From assembly GCA_964658795.1 (NCBI GenBank), contig CAZZZW010000001.1, positions 1-41,407 on the forward strand: a stretch of 41,407 nucleotides of DNA. The letters run 5' to 3'. The notes under the pieces were generated by a model, which saw only the letters and a program-made list of their open reading frames with translations, ran no database searches and was not told where the DNA came from. Each line of letters starts with the position of its first letter. The stretch's first letter is position 1. Origin of the DNA: Oscillatoria nigro-viridis PCC 7112 (GTDB lineage Bacteria > Actinomycetota > Actinomycetes > Mycobacteriales > Jatrophihabitantaceae). This document shows positions 27,995-37,359 of this stretch, piece by piece. Position numbers and translations under genes: made by a program.

Positions 27995-28023
27995 TTGACG
28001 ATATGGTGGATAAGCTATATACC
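27995..28023 (+). promoter_or_regulatory. candidate housekeeping-sigma promoter for the ECF sigma operon
   Basis: TTGACG-N17-TATACC in the AT-rich part of the divergent intergenic region. Confidence 0.4.
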
Positions 28024-28106
28024 GACCCATTCGTCACGGTTGCTGGTCGGCTCGACGACTCGCAAGAAGAGGCGGGTGAGGAATGCGCCTGACCAGCCGA
28101 TGTCGT

Positions 28107-28131
28107 GAACCTTTTCCGACCGTCGGGCTAC
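28107..28131 (+). promoter_or_regulatory. MibX-type ECF sigma promoter (autoregulatory)
   Basis: Exact GAACC-N15-GCTAC, ending 7 nt before the GTG start of the sigma gene. Confidence 0.85.
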
Positions 28132-28138
28132 ATCCCTG

Positions 28139-28696
28139 GTGATGAGTTCCGAGCCGTCCGACCAGCAACTGCTCGCCGCCGTGGCCGAGCAAGACGTCGA
28201 TGCCCTTGCCGCCCTGTACGAACGGCATGCCCAGTTGATGTTGCGAGTGCTTGCCCGGCTCTGCCGGACCAGCGCGGTGGCCGAGGAAGTGCTGCAGGAG
28301 AGCTGGCTCGCGATCTGGCAGTCGGCTGCCAGCTATCGCGGTCAGTCCTCGGTGCGGGCCTGGCTGCTCGGCGTCGCCCGGCGGCAGGCGCACAACGTGA
28401 TCCGTCGCAACCGGGTGCAGGAGGTCGAACTGGACGACCGGTTGGACCCGCCATCGACCGAGCCGCCCGTGGAACACCGGGTGCTGGCTCGGGCCGGGCA
28501 GGACGAACTGATCGGGGCGATGCGAGACCTACCAGATCACCTGACCGAGGTCGTTCTGCTCGCCTTCGTCGATGAATTGCCCTACGCCGACATCGCCCAT
28601 CTGCTCCAGATCCCGACCGGCACCGTCAAGCGCCGGATCTTCACGGCCCGCCAGCTTCTGACCCGGACCCTGTCCGACTTCGAGGTGACCCGATGA
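28139..28696 (+). CDS. ECF RNA polymerase sigma factor (MibX/PspX-like)
   Basis: ALAALYERH, AEEVLQE, RAWLLGVARR and YADIAHLLQIPTGTVKRR. Confidence 0.95.
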   Translation: MMSSEPSDQQLLAAVAEQDVDALAALYERHAQLMLRVLARLCRTSAVAEEVLQESWLAIWQSAASYRGQSSVRAWLLGVARRQAHNVIRRNRVQEVELDDRLDPPSTEPPVEHRVLARAGQDELIGAMRDLPDHLTEVVLLAFVDELPYADIAHLLQIPTGTVKRRIFTARQLLTRTLSDFEVTR

Positions 28697-29607
28697 CCCT
28701 GTACTCCGCCGCCGACCATCTGGACCCGGATCGAATAAGGCAACTCGGGGTAGGCGCCGACCGCCCCGGCGAGCTGGAGCAGAGCCATCTCCGAGGATGC
28801 AGCGACTGCCACGAGGCGCTCACCGCGGACCAGGTGCTGACCGTGGCCGCCCGTTCCTTGGATGCCGCCGAGCACGGCCGGTCACTCGCGCCGGCGTTCT
28901 CGACGTTGCTGCAACAGCCACGCTTCGCCGAACTTCGACAGCACCGGCGGCCGACGATCGAGCCGGTGTCGGCCAGCCAACGGGCGACCGGGCGGCTGTC
29001 GGCGGAGATTCTGCTGGCCCAGTTCCGGCTGTTCTCGCCGTGGTTGATCGCGAGCGCGGTCGGGCTGGCCGTGCTGTCCTGTATCGCCGGGTTGACCGTG
29101 CACGACCCGGCCGCGGCCGGTCGGCTGAGCGCGGCGGCGGTGTCGCTGCTGCTTATGCTGGCTGCGGCCTGGGCGGCCGAGTCCGGTGGTGCGGCGCGGC
29201 TGGAACTGCTACGCAGCCTGCCGATCACGCCGCGGCTGACCTACCTGTTCCGGCTGTCCGGCAGCCTGGTCGTGGCGTTGGTCCTCGGCCTGGTGGTGAG
29301 CGCGATCGGGATGACCCGGGACGGCCCGATGGTCTCGCTCTGGCTGGTGCCCGGTCTGCTGGCCGCCTCCGCCGCAGCCGTTGTCGGCGTCCGATGGAAC
29401 GTCACGATCGGGCAGACGGTCGGTGTGCTGGTGTGGCTGGTGGGTTCGGTCAGCCGGCTGCCCAGCCGGGCCGACGACCTCGGGCCGGCCGGTCTGCTGC
29501 ATGCGGACTGGGCCCGTTCTCCGCTCGCGCTCGCCTTGGCCGTGGTGCTTTTCGCCCTGGCAGTGCAGGCGGTTCCTGGTCAGGGCCTGACCTCGGCGCG
29601 CAGGTGA
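28693..29607 (+). CDS. membrane anti-sigma factor (MibW/PspW-like) with a zinc-binding HxxxCxxC motif
   Basis: HLRGCSDC followed by about 6 TM segments. ATGA overlap with the sigma gene. Confidence 0.85.
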   Translation: MTLYSAADHLDPDRIRQLGVGADRPGELEQSHLRGCSDCHEALTADQVLTVAARSLDAAEHGRSLAPAFSTLLQQPRFAELRQHRRPTIEPVSASQRATGRLSAEILLAQFRLFSPWLIASAVGLAVLSCIAGLTVHDPAAAGRLSAAAVSLLLMLAAAWAAESGGAARLELLRSLPITPRLTYLFRLSGSLVVALVLGLVVSAIGMTRDGPMVSLWLVPGLLAASAAAVVGVRWNVTIGQTVGVLVWLVGSVSRLPSRADDLGPAGLLHADWARSPLALALAVVLFALAVQAVPGQGLTSARR

Positions 29608-29630
29608 ACCTTATGGCGGCAACCTGCTAC
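29606..29630 (+). promoter_or_regulatory. second MibX-type ECF promoter
   Basis: Exact GAACC-N15-GCTAC, ending 9 nt before the GTG at 29640. Confidence 0.85.
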
Positions 29631-29639
29631 TCCCATGAT

Positions 29640-30272
29640 GTGACCGATGTATCGCTCTACCGACATGAGGCCAAACGATGTGGCCCGGCCGCCTTCGCGC
29701 TGCCGGCGCTGGTGGTCGCGGCGATCGCGCTGCTTTGCTATTTCGACACCCGCGGCCACTACGACCCGGATTCGCTGGGCTCCGGCCTGATCCGGCTGGC
29801 GGTGGCCGGGCTGGCGCTGGCCTCCGGGCTGGCCGCAGCCTCGGCGGTCAGCCGGGAACGGATGCTCGAGGTGCAGTTGACCCTGCCGACCAGCTACCCC
29901 GTCACGATCCGCCGGCGGGTGCTGCTGGTCGGGCTGGCCGTCGTGCTGGCCGCAGGTGTACTGGTCGTGGTACTGGCCGGCCTGGGCCTGTGGTCCGGCC
30001 CGGGTGGTCTGGCGGCCGCCCCGGTGCGGCTGCTCGGCCCGGCGATGTTGCCGGCCGGGGTCGGCGTCTACTTCGCGATCGCGTCCCGATCGGCCGCCGC
30101 CGGCTCCACCGCGGCCGTGGCCGGTTGGCTGGCGGTGTTGCTGGTCTGGAACACCTACGTGCAGGCGATGCTCGTCAACACCGGGGTGCAACTGATCGTG
30201 GGTCTGGCCTTTGCCGTGCTGGGTATTCGTGCCGCTCGAGACACCGAGCGGCTGCTCACCGGAGGTCGATGA
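29640..30272 (+). CDS. membrane protein / ABC permease-like (J position)
   Basis: About 6 TM, ERMLEVQLTLP. Start chosen from the promoter position; the alternative is the ATG at 29613. Confidence 0.8.
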   Translation: MTDVSLYRHEAKRCGPAAFALPALVVAAIALLCYFDTRGHYDPDSLGSGLIRLAVAGLALASGLAAASAVSRERMLEVQLTLPTSYPVTIRRRVLLVGLAVVLAAGVLVVVLAGLGLWSGPGGLAAAPVRLLGPAMLPAGVGVYFAIASRSAAAGSTAAVAGWLAVLLVWNTYVQAMLVNTGVQLIVGLAFAVLGIRAARDTERLLTGGR

Positions 30273-31060
30273 TGAGTGCGTTGCTGAGCCCGGCCATCCG
30301 GGGCACCCTGATCTACGAATCGCGGGTCGCCGCCCGGCGCAAGGTGTTGTGGATCGCGATGATCCCGCTGCTGGCTCTCGGGGTGCTGGCCAGTCTGACC
30401 TCGCACAAGCTCACCGGAGGCAGTTCGACCACCGGCCGGATGGCGGGCTGGGTGTTGGGGCTGGCCGCGTTCGGAACCTTCGGAGTCGGGGTCGCGCTGG
30501 CCGACCGGTTCGACAGTCTGCGCCGGCGCGCCAGCAGCGAGGTGTTCGACGCGACACCGGCCCGGCTGACCAGCCGGATGGCGGCCAGTCTGCTCGGCGG
30601 CCTCGCCATCGCCTTGGGGCCGGCCTTCGTGGTGACCGTTATCGTGGGAATTGCCTTTACGCCGAAGGACATTGCCGCCGTCCCGATCGCCATCGCCATC
30701 TTCGCAGTGACCTTGTTGCCGGGATCCTTGCTGCTGGCCACGGTGACGGTCGCCCTCGGCACGGTACTGCCGGCCCCGGTGGCCCGGGCGCTCTCGGTCG
30801 TGCTCTGGGGTTGGGCGACCCTGCTCAGCACGCGCGTGGTGCCGATCCCGAGTATCACCGGATCGATCATGTCGCCGTTGGGTGATTACGCCACCCAGGC
30901 GTTCTTCCACGGCCCGGCGCTGTGGGCCGGCCAGCTCGGCGGTAGCTGGTGGCATCCGGCGCTCGGTACCGGGCCCGCGATCATCAATCTCTGCTGCACG
31001 CTGCTGCTGAGCGTGCTCGCCTTCATCGGGGCCCGAGTCGTCGTCGGAGCTCGACGATGA
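30269..31060 (+). CDS. ABC permease-like membrane protein (Y position)
   Basis: About 6 TM, SEVFDATP. ATGA overlap and GGAGG RBS. Confidence 0.85.
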   Translation: MMSALLSPAIRGTLIYESRVAARRKVLWIAMIPLLALGVLASLTSHKLTGGSSTTGRMAGWVLGLAAFGTFGVGVALADRFDSLRRRASSEVFDATPARLTSRMAASLLGGLAIALGPAFVVTVIVGIAFTPKDIAAVPIAIAIFAVTLLPGSLLLATVTVALGTVLPAPVARALSVVLWGWATLLSTRVVPIPSITGSIMSPLGDYATQAFFHGPALWAGQLGGSWWHPALGTGPAIINLCCTLLLSVLAFIGARVVVGARR

Positions 31061-31115
31061 GTCCGCCAGCTCGAGAATCCCTCTTCCTTTTCGCTACATT
31101 CCTGGAGACCTGAGC

Positions 31116-32006
31116 ATGGACATCGCAGTAGAGAACCTGACCAAGCAGTACCGCCAGTCGGTCCGCGCACTGGACGAAGTCACAGTGCAGCTGGGCACCA
31201 GCATGGTCGGTCTGCTCGGTGCCAACGGGGCCGGCAAGACCACGCTGATGCGCACGATAGCTGGTCTGTGCCGCCCTACGTCGGGGACGGTCCGGGTCGG
31301 CGGACACGATGTCCGGACCGCCCCCGGTCGGGCCGCGATCAAACGCCTCCTGGGCTATCTGCCGCAGGAGGTCGACCTCTATCCCGACCTGACGGGCCGA
31401 GAATTGCTCGACTACATCGGCCTGTTGAAGGGATTGGACGATCGCGGCGCCCGACGGCGCCAGGTCGACTCGGTACTGGAGCGGGTCGGGCTGTCCGATG
31501 AGGCCAAGCGCAAGGTCGGCGGCTACTCCGGTGGCATGAAGCGACGGCTCGGGATTGCCCAATGTCTATTGGGTGATCCGCGGCTGATCATCGTCGACGA
31601 GCCGACGGTCGGCCTTGATCCGGAGGAGCGGATGCGTTTCCGGTCGTTGCTGGCCAGCCTGGGTGGCGATCGGACGGTGATCCTGTCGACCCACATCCTG
31701 GACGATGTCGCCCAGACCTGTCCTCGGGTCGCGGTGCTGGCGTCCGGTCGGCTGGCCTACGACGGCACCGTGACCGGCCTGGTGCAGTGCGCCCGTGGTA
31801 GCACCTACAGCCTGCAGACCTCGGGCCCGGCCCCGAGCGGACCGAACGTGATCGTGAATGCGCAGATGGTTGCGGATGGTTCGACGATGTACCGGCTGGT
31901 GTCGGACGAGCCCCCGGCCGGTGCTGTTCCGGTGCCGCCCAACCTGGAGGACGGTTACGTGGCACTGCTGCGACGTAGCAACGAACTGATCGGAGCCGGC
32001 CGATGA
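31116..32006 (+). CDS. ABC transporter ATP-binding protein (Z position)
   Basis: GANGAGKT, YSGGM, IIVDEPT and LSTH. Confidence 0.95.
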   Translation: MDIAVENLTKQYRQSVRALDEVTVQLGTSMVGLLGANGAGKTTLMRTIAGLCRPTSGTVRVGGHDVRTAPGRAAIKRLLGYLPQEVDLYPDLTGRELLDYIGLLKGLDDRGARRRQVDSVLERVGLSDEAKRKVGGYSGGMKRRLGIAQCLLGDPRLIIVDEPTVGLDPEERMRFRSLLASLGGDRTVILSTHILDDVAQTCPRVAVLASGRLAYDGTVTGLVQCARGSTYSLQTSGPAPSGPNVIVNAQMVADGSTMYRLVSDEPPAGAVPVPPNLEDGYVALLRRSNELIGAGR

Positions 32007-32371
32007 GACGCCTTCAGCTCTCGGCCGTCCTCGTTCTGCTGGTGGCCGTCGCCGGCTGTGGTGCCGGCCGGTCCAACACCAGCGGTCCGATGCAGCCGAT
32101 GCCCGCGCGGTCCGGGAACACCCAGGCAGTGTCGGACAAGAATCTCGGACACCTGTGGCCGTTCAACGTCGATCACGGCACCTTGAGTTGTCAGAACCAG
32201 AGCGAGGCGCTGTTCACCAGCCCGGACGGCACCAAGTACGCGCTCAACGACAAGGCGACGCAGGCCGGATTCCCGAAGTCCGATCCGATCCGGGCCAAGG
32301 GCGCCGCCGGGTCGAAGGTGAGTCTGGGTGCGGTGGCCAGCGATGCCCTCGCCCTGTGCGACGGCAGTTGA
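32003..32371 (+). CDS. lipoprotein (Q position; YebY/DUF2511-like)
   Basis: Lipobox VAGC and WPFNVDHGTLSC..GTKYALN. Confidence 0.8.
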   Translation: MRRLQLSAVLVLLVAVAGCGAGRSNTSGPMQPMPARSGNTQAVSDKNLGHLWPFNVDHGTLSCQNQSEALFTSPDGTKYALNDKATQAGFPKSDPIRAKGAAGSKVSLGAVASDALALCDGS

Positions 32372-32374
32372 CCA

Positions 32375-33067
32375 GTGTTCGCCAGCGTGATCCCCGAGCT
32401 GCACCGGGACGTTCGGCCTGGCTGGATGACCGCATCGGCCCCTGCACTCCTGGCTCATCACTGCCTGCGGACGCCGTTGCAGGTCTACTGCAGCGAGTTC
32501 GCCAGCCAAGGCCTGTCGGTGCGACTGTTCGATGAGGATTGTGAGCAACTGGCGTCGGATCGGCCGTCCGCCATCGCCCTTCCGGCCACGACCACCGGTC
32601 GGCTGGACCTGATCACGCAGGTGGCGCAGGACTACCCGTTTGCGGCCATCGTGGCGACGGTGATCGATCCGACCGGTCTGATCAGCCGTGGTGCGATCGA
32701 CGCCGGAGCCTGCCTGGTGCTGAACCTGCTGATCCCGGCCGAGCACACCGTACCGGTGATCGCCCAGCAACTGTTGGCTCATCTGAACTACAGCATGGCC
32801 GAGGCGGCGCCGCCACCACCGCCACCGACAGCGTTGCGGCCGCACCTGGACGACGACACCTGCTGGCTCACCGCGATTCTGCCCAGCACCGATGACGACC
32901 ACGAACTGGTGCATCACCTGATCGGCGGTGAAAGTACGTCCGAACTGGCGCGTCGGTTCTACTGCTCCGAGCGGTCGATGTATCGGCGGCTACGGCATAT
33001 CTATGATCGGGTCGGCGTCAGCGGACGCTACGAGCTGATCAACCGACTGGCCCGCTGGGAGAGCTGA
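32375..33067 (+). CDS. LuxR-type HTH regulator (MibR/PspR-like)
   Basis: C-terminal GESTSELARRFYCSERSMYRRLRHIYDRVGVSGR. The N-terminus resembles a degenerate receiver domain. Confidence 0.82.
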   Translation: MFASVIPELHRDVRPGWMTASAPALLAHHCLRTPLQVYCSEFASQGLSVRLFDEDCEQLASDRPSAIALPATTTGRLDLITQVAQDYPFAAIVATVIDPTGLISRGAIDAGACLVLNLLIPAEHTVPVIAQQLLAHLNYSMAEAAPPPPPPTALRPHLDDDTCWLTAILPSTDDDHELVHHLIGGESTSELARRFYCSERSMYRRLRHIYDRVGVSGRYELINRLARWES

Positions 33068-33082
33068 CCGACCAGAACTCGA

Positions 33083-35737
33083 TCAGCTGGCCGCCTGCGC
33101 CGCCTCACCGAAGAGGGCGTTGGCCGGGCGCGGCCGGGCGAACAGGAAGCCCTGCCCGTTCTCCACATCGAGCGCTCGCAACCCGTCGGCCTGGCTGTCG
33201 TACTCGATACCCTCGGCCACCACGGTCAGGCCGAACGCGTGCGCCGCCGCCACGATGAGCCGCACCAGTTCGGCGTGGGCCGGATCGGCCGACGCGACGA
33301 AGCTGCGGTCGATCTTCAGGCTGTCCACCGGAAGCCGGGGGAGCTGCCCGATCGAGGTGAAGCCGGTGCCGAAGTCGTCGATGGCGATCTGCACGCCCAG
33401 TTCGCGTATGGCCTTCATATTGCGGGTGGCCATCGGATCGTCGACCAGCACGGTCTCGGTGATCTCGACGATCAGTTGCTGCGGTTGCAAGCCCGCCGCC
33501 GCCAGCGCGTCGCGGACGTCGCCGATGAAGTCGGTGCTGGCGACGTGACGGCCGGAGATATTGACCGATATCGTCAGGTGATTGTCGACCGCCGAGTCGT
33601 CCTGCCAGCGAGCCAGTTGGCCACAGGCCTCGAACAGGACCCAGCGCCCGATGTCATTGACCAACGGCGACTGCTCGGCGATCGGAATGAAATCGTTCGG
33701 CGGCACCATGCCGAAGCCGGGACGGTTCCAGCGGATCAGTGCCTCGAGGCCATCGATCTCGCCGGTGCCCAGATCAACCACCGGTTGGTAGTGCAGCAGG
33801 AACTGGTCCTCGGCCAGTCCCAGCCGGATCGCTGCCTCCAACTCCGACCGCTCCTTGAGCTGGGCCCGCAGGAGGTCGTCGAACACCTCGACCCGGTCCC
33901 GACCGGCGTTCTTGGCCCGATAGGCGGCCGCGTCGGCCTCCTGCAACAGCCGATCGGCGTCGACATAACCGTCCCGGCAGAACGCCAAGCCGATGCTGGC
34001 ACCGATCCGAACCTCGCGCTCGGAGATCAATTGTGCTTGTGCAGTAAGGGAAACGATCCGCTCGGCCAGGGCGACGGTATCCGCCTCGTCGTCCACCGCC
34101 TCGAGCAGCACGACGAACTCGTCGCCGCCGAGCCGGGCCACGATGTCACCCTCACGCACCGCCGAACGCATCCGTTGCGACGTGGTGCGCAGCACCTCGT
34201 CGCCGGCGGCGTGACCGTGGGTGTCGTTGACCGCCTTGAACCGATCCAGGTCGATGAACATCAGCGCGGTCTTGGTGCCCGAGCGCTGGGCCCGGTGCAG
34301 GGCCTGCTCGATGAGGATCATCGCCTGCGCCCGGTTGGGTAGCTCGGTCAGGGCATCGTGGGAGGCCCGGTGGGCCAGCTCGCCCTTGGCGATCTCCCTT
34401 TCATTGATGGCCGAAATGATGGTGGTGACCGAAGAGTGCACGACCTCGCCCAGCGGGCCGGGCAGCGAGGTCTGCACGACCGGACTATCCAGTTCACCCG
34501 CGGCGACCGCCGCCGCCTGGGCCTGGATGTTGCGCAACGTGGCCACCGAACTCTCCAGCGCGGCGGCAACCGTCCGTACCTCGTACGGCCCACCTGCGTG
34601 CACATCGGTCAGCTCGCCGTGGCTGATCTGCTTGGCCTGCTTGGCCAACAGTTGCAGCGGCCGGGTCACCGAGCGCTGAACCACGAACAGGCCCAGGATG
34701 CTCAGGGCCAGTAGCAACAAACAGGCCAGCGCGATCCAGAGCAGGTCGAGATTCGCCTGCCGAAGCTGGGCATTGCCGGCGGCCAGGGCGCGATCGACCG
34801 CGGCCGTCAGCACCTCGCTGAAGGCCCGGTTCCGGAGCCCGTCGGCGTTGACCAGGCTGAGCAGCTTGACCATCTTGATCGGCTGCGGGTCGAGCGCGTC
34901 TGCGGTCAGGAAGGCGGTGTACTGGGCCACGGCGGGGGTGGACGTAGCCGCCTGCCAACGGCGGCCCGCCGGGGCCGAACCTCGGCTGACTAGGTCGTTC
35001 ACGGCGGCGGTGTAACTGGCCCAGGTGGTCGTCCAGTCAGCCTGCAGATTGGCCTTGCTGAAGACGGGGATGTCGAACTTGGTCGAACAGAACAGCAGGA
35101 TCTCCTCGGCGCCCACCTGGGTCGCGCGGGCCGTCAGGTCCAGGTCCTGCAGCGCCTGGGCCGCGGAGTCGGACAGGCCCGCCCGGTTGGCCCGGCGGAT
35201 CTGGTCGTTCTCGACGCCGGTGATGGCGGTCAGGAATTGCTCCGGCTGGTTCAGCCCGTCTTTGAGCGTGCTGGCGTGGTCGATGGCGCTTCGCACGGTG
35301 CTGAGCTGAGCCATCAGCTGCTCGGCCGGTGCTGTCATCCCGGGCTGGCTGGCCAATCGGGACAGCGCGGCCGAGGTGGTCGCCCGCAGCTCGGGCAAGC
35401 GGCCGATGATGCTGAGCGCCTCGGACAGCTGGGCCGAGGTCAGGCTGGTGTCGATCAGTCCGGGCTGGCGGGCGACGGCCGAGGCGAAGGCCGGTACCAC
35501 CTCTTGCTCGAAGGCGGCCCGGACGGCGTCGGCTGCGGCCGCGGTCCGGATGCGCTGTTCAGCGTTCTGCGCGGCGTGCGCGCTGCCGACGCGGACCGCG
35601 ACCTGAGCGCCGGCCGCCACCAGCATGCCCAGCAGCGGAATCAGGATCAGGGCCAACAACCGCGCACGAAGCCGGCCGCCGGTGCGCAGCACCGAACGCA
35701 ATGAAGAGATCACGCCGACCCATCGGCCGGACTGCAC
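33083..35737 (-). CDS. membrane GGDEF-EAL protein with HAMP (diguanylate cyclase/phosphodiesterase)
   Basis: Two TM segments, HAMP, REGD I-site, intact GGDEF, EALIRW and DDFGTG. Confidence 0.95.
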   Translation of the reverse strand: MQSGRWVGVISSLRSVLRTGGRLRARLLALILIPLLGMLVAAGAQVAVRVGSAHAAQNAEQRIRTAAAADAVRAAFEQEVVPAFASAVARQPGLIDTSLTSAQLSEALSIIGRLPELRATTSAALSRLASQPGMTAPAEQLMAQLSTVRSAIDHASTLKDGLNQPEQFLTAITGVENDQIRRANRAGLSDSAAQALQDLDLTARATQVGAEEILLFCSTKFDIPVFSKANLQADWTTTWASYTAAVNDLVSRGSAPAGRRWQAATSTPAVAQYTAFLTADALDPQPIKMVKLLSLVNADGLRNRAFSEVLTAAVDRALAAGNAQLRQANLDLLWIALACLLLLALSILGLFVVQRSVTRPLQLLAKQAKQISHGELTDVHAGGPYEVRTVAAALESSVATLRNIQAQAAAVAAGELDSPVVQTSLPGPLGEVVHSSVTTIISAINEREIAKGELAHRASHDALTELPNRAQAMILIEQALHRAQRSGTKTALMFIDLDRFKAVNDTHGHAAGDEVLRTTSQRMRSAVREGDIVARLGGDEFVVLLEAVDDEADTVALAERIVSLTAQAQLISEREVRIGASIGLAFCRDGYVDADRLLQEADAAAYRAKNAGRDRVEVFDDLLRAQLKERSELEAAIRLGLAEDQFLLHYQPVVDLGTGEIDGLEALIRWNRPGFGMVPPNDFIPIAEQSPLVNDIGRWVLFEACGQLARWQDDSAVDNHLTISVNISGRHVASTDFIGDVRDALAAAGLQPQQLIVEITETVLVDDPMATRNMKAIRELGVQIAIDDFGTGFTSIGQLPRLPVDSLKIDRSFVASADPAHAELVRLIVAAAHAFGLTVVAEGIEYDSQADGLRALDVENGQGFLFARPRPANALFGEAAQAAS

Positions 35738-35755
35738 CCCGGATTAGACGAAGTA

Positions 35756-37180
35756 TCACCAGGCGGAGGGACGATAATCCTTCAGAAATACGCCATAAAT
35801 GTCGTTACCGGACTCGCCCTGGACGATCGGGTCGTAGACCCGGGCTGCGCCGTCGACCAGATCGAGTGGCGCGTGGAAGCCCTCGTCGGCCAGCCGGGCC
35901 TTGGTCGGGTGCGGTCGTTCATCGGTGATCCAGCCGGTGTCCACCGCGGTCATCAGGATTCGGTCGCTGAACATCTCCTCGGCCGAGGTCCGGGTCAGCA
36001 TGTTCAGCGCGGCCTTGGCCATGTTGGTGTGTGGATGCCCGGCGCCCTTGTAGCGGCGGCCGAAGACGCCTTCCATGGCTGAGACGTTCACCACGTACGT
36101 CCGGCGGGCCTTGGACGCGGCCATGGACGGGCGGAGCCGGCTGATCAGGATGAACGGCGCGCTGGCGTTGCACAACTGCACCTCGAGCAGCTCGATCGGG
36201 TCGACCTCGTGTACTCGCTGGGTCCAGCTGTTGATCGGGGCCAGATCGGGGACGAGGCCGCCGGCGTCGATCGCCGTGCCCTCGTGCACCCGTTGCAGCG
36301 AGGCCGAACCGGCCTGCAGCGACAACCGGGTCAGCTCGGCACCCGGCAGGCTGACCGGATGCAGGTCGGTGGCTCGACCGAAGTGCAACACCTCAGGCAG
36401 CGGGCCGGACGGCAGCGGTTCCGATTCGGCCGCCAGCAGTGGGGCATACGAGCCGGGCGAGCGCCGGACGGTCTGGGCGGCATTGTTGATCAGGATGTCC
36501 AGCGGGCCCTGTTCGGCCACCGAATCGGCCAGCGCCACGACCTGGGCCGGATCGCGCAGATCGATGCCGACGATCCGCAACCGGTGCAGCCAGTCGGCGC
36601 TGTCGGGCATCGCGGCGAACCGGCGAGCGGCGTCGTTCGGGAACCGGGTGGTGATGGTGGTGTGCGCCCCGTCGCGCAGCAGCCGCAGCGCGATGTACAT
36701 GCCGATCTTGGCCCGGCCGCCGGTGAGCAGCGCGCGGCGGCCGGTCAGGTCGGTCCGAGCATCGCGCCGAGCGTGGCTGGTGGCGGCGCACTCGGGGCAG
36801 AGCTGGTGGTAGAACGCGTCGACCTCGTGGTAGCGCTGCTTGCAGATGTAACAGGCCTGGGCATTGATGAAGCGGCCGGCCGTCTCACCGTCGGCCCGGC
36901 TGGCCAAGGGCAGACCGGCGGTCTCGTCGTCGATCCGGTCCGGCGAACCGGTCGCGGTTGCGGCGACGACAGCCCGATCCGCTTCCAGGATGATCTGGCG
37001 GGCCTCGATCCGCCGCTGCCGTTTGACTGCTTTGAACATCGACGCGGTGGCCCGGCGGACCGCGATGAAATCGGGGTGCTCCTCGTCGACCTCGTGGATC
37101 CGGGCCAGCACCGACAGACACGTCTCGAGCTCGTCGGTGGAGATGGGCGATCCGGTGGTCCGGTCGTCCTGGAGGGTCAT
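35756..37180 (-). CDS. SDR family oxidoreductase with N-terminal CxxC..CxxC
   Basis: CYICK..CPEC, TGGRAKIG, LINNA and HTNMAKAALNM. Confidence 0.92.
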   Translation of the reverse strand: MTLQDDRTTGSPISTDELETCLSVLARIHEVDEEHPDFIAVRRATASMFKAVKRQRRIEARQIILEADRAVVAATATGSPDRIDDETAGLPLASRADGETAGRFINAQACYICKQRYHEVDAFYHQLCPECAATSHARRDARTDLTGRRALLTGGRAKIGMYIALRLLRDGAHTTITTRFPNDAARRFAAMPDSADWLHRLRIVGIDLRDPAQVVALADSVAEQGPLDILINNAAQTVRRSPGSYAPLLAAESEPLPSGPLPEVLHFGRATDLHPVSLPGAELTRLSLQAGSASLQRVHEGTAIDAGGLVPDLAPINSWTQRVHEVDPIELLEVQLCNASAPFILISRLRPSMAASKARRTYVVNVSAMEGVFGRRYKGAGHPHTNMAKAALNMLTRTSAEEMFSDRILMTAVDTGWITDERPHPTKARLADEGFHAPLDLVDGAARVYDPIVQGESGNDIYGVFLKDYRPSAW

Positions 37181-37274
37181 CTGCCGCTGCCTGTCCTGCG
37201 CTCGTGGGCCGGGCGCTCGACTGGTGAGTCTAAATTCGACCGGCCGCCGAACCGAAATCGTGCGGCTCGCACGC

Positions 37275-37338
37275 GAGTGGCCAGATCTCAGCCGAGTGGC
37301 TGGATATCTCTGGCCACTCGGTTGATAAGTGGCCACTC
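37275..37338. repeat. REP-like nested palindrome
   Basis: Two direct GAGTGGC units (37275, 37294) mirrored by two GCCACTC units (37313, 37332), forming a long hairpin in the intergenic region. Confidence 0.7.
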
Positions 37339-37359
37339 ACGGAGATGGGAGCGGCCCGG

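Noticed and set aside
32807-32830. CCG/CCA repeat
   Set aside because: It only encodes a poly-Pro linker within the LuxR-type regulator.
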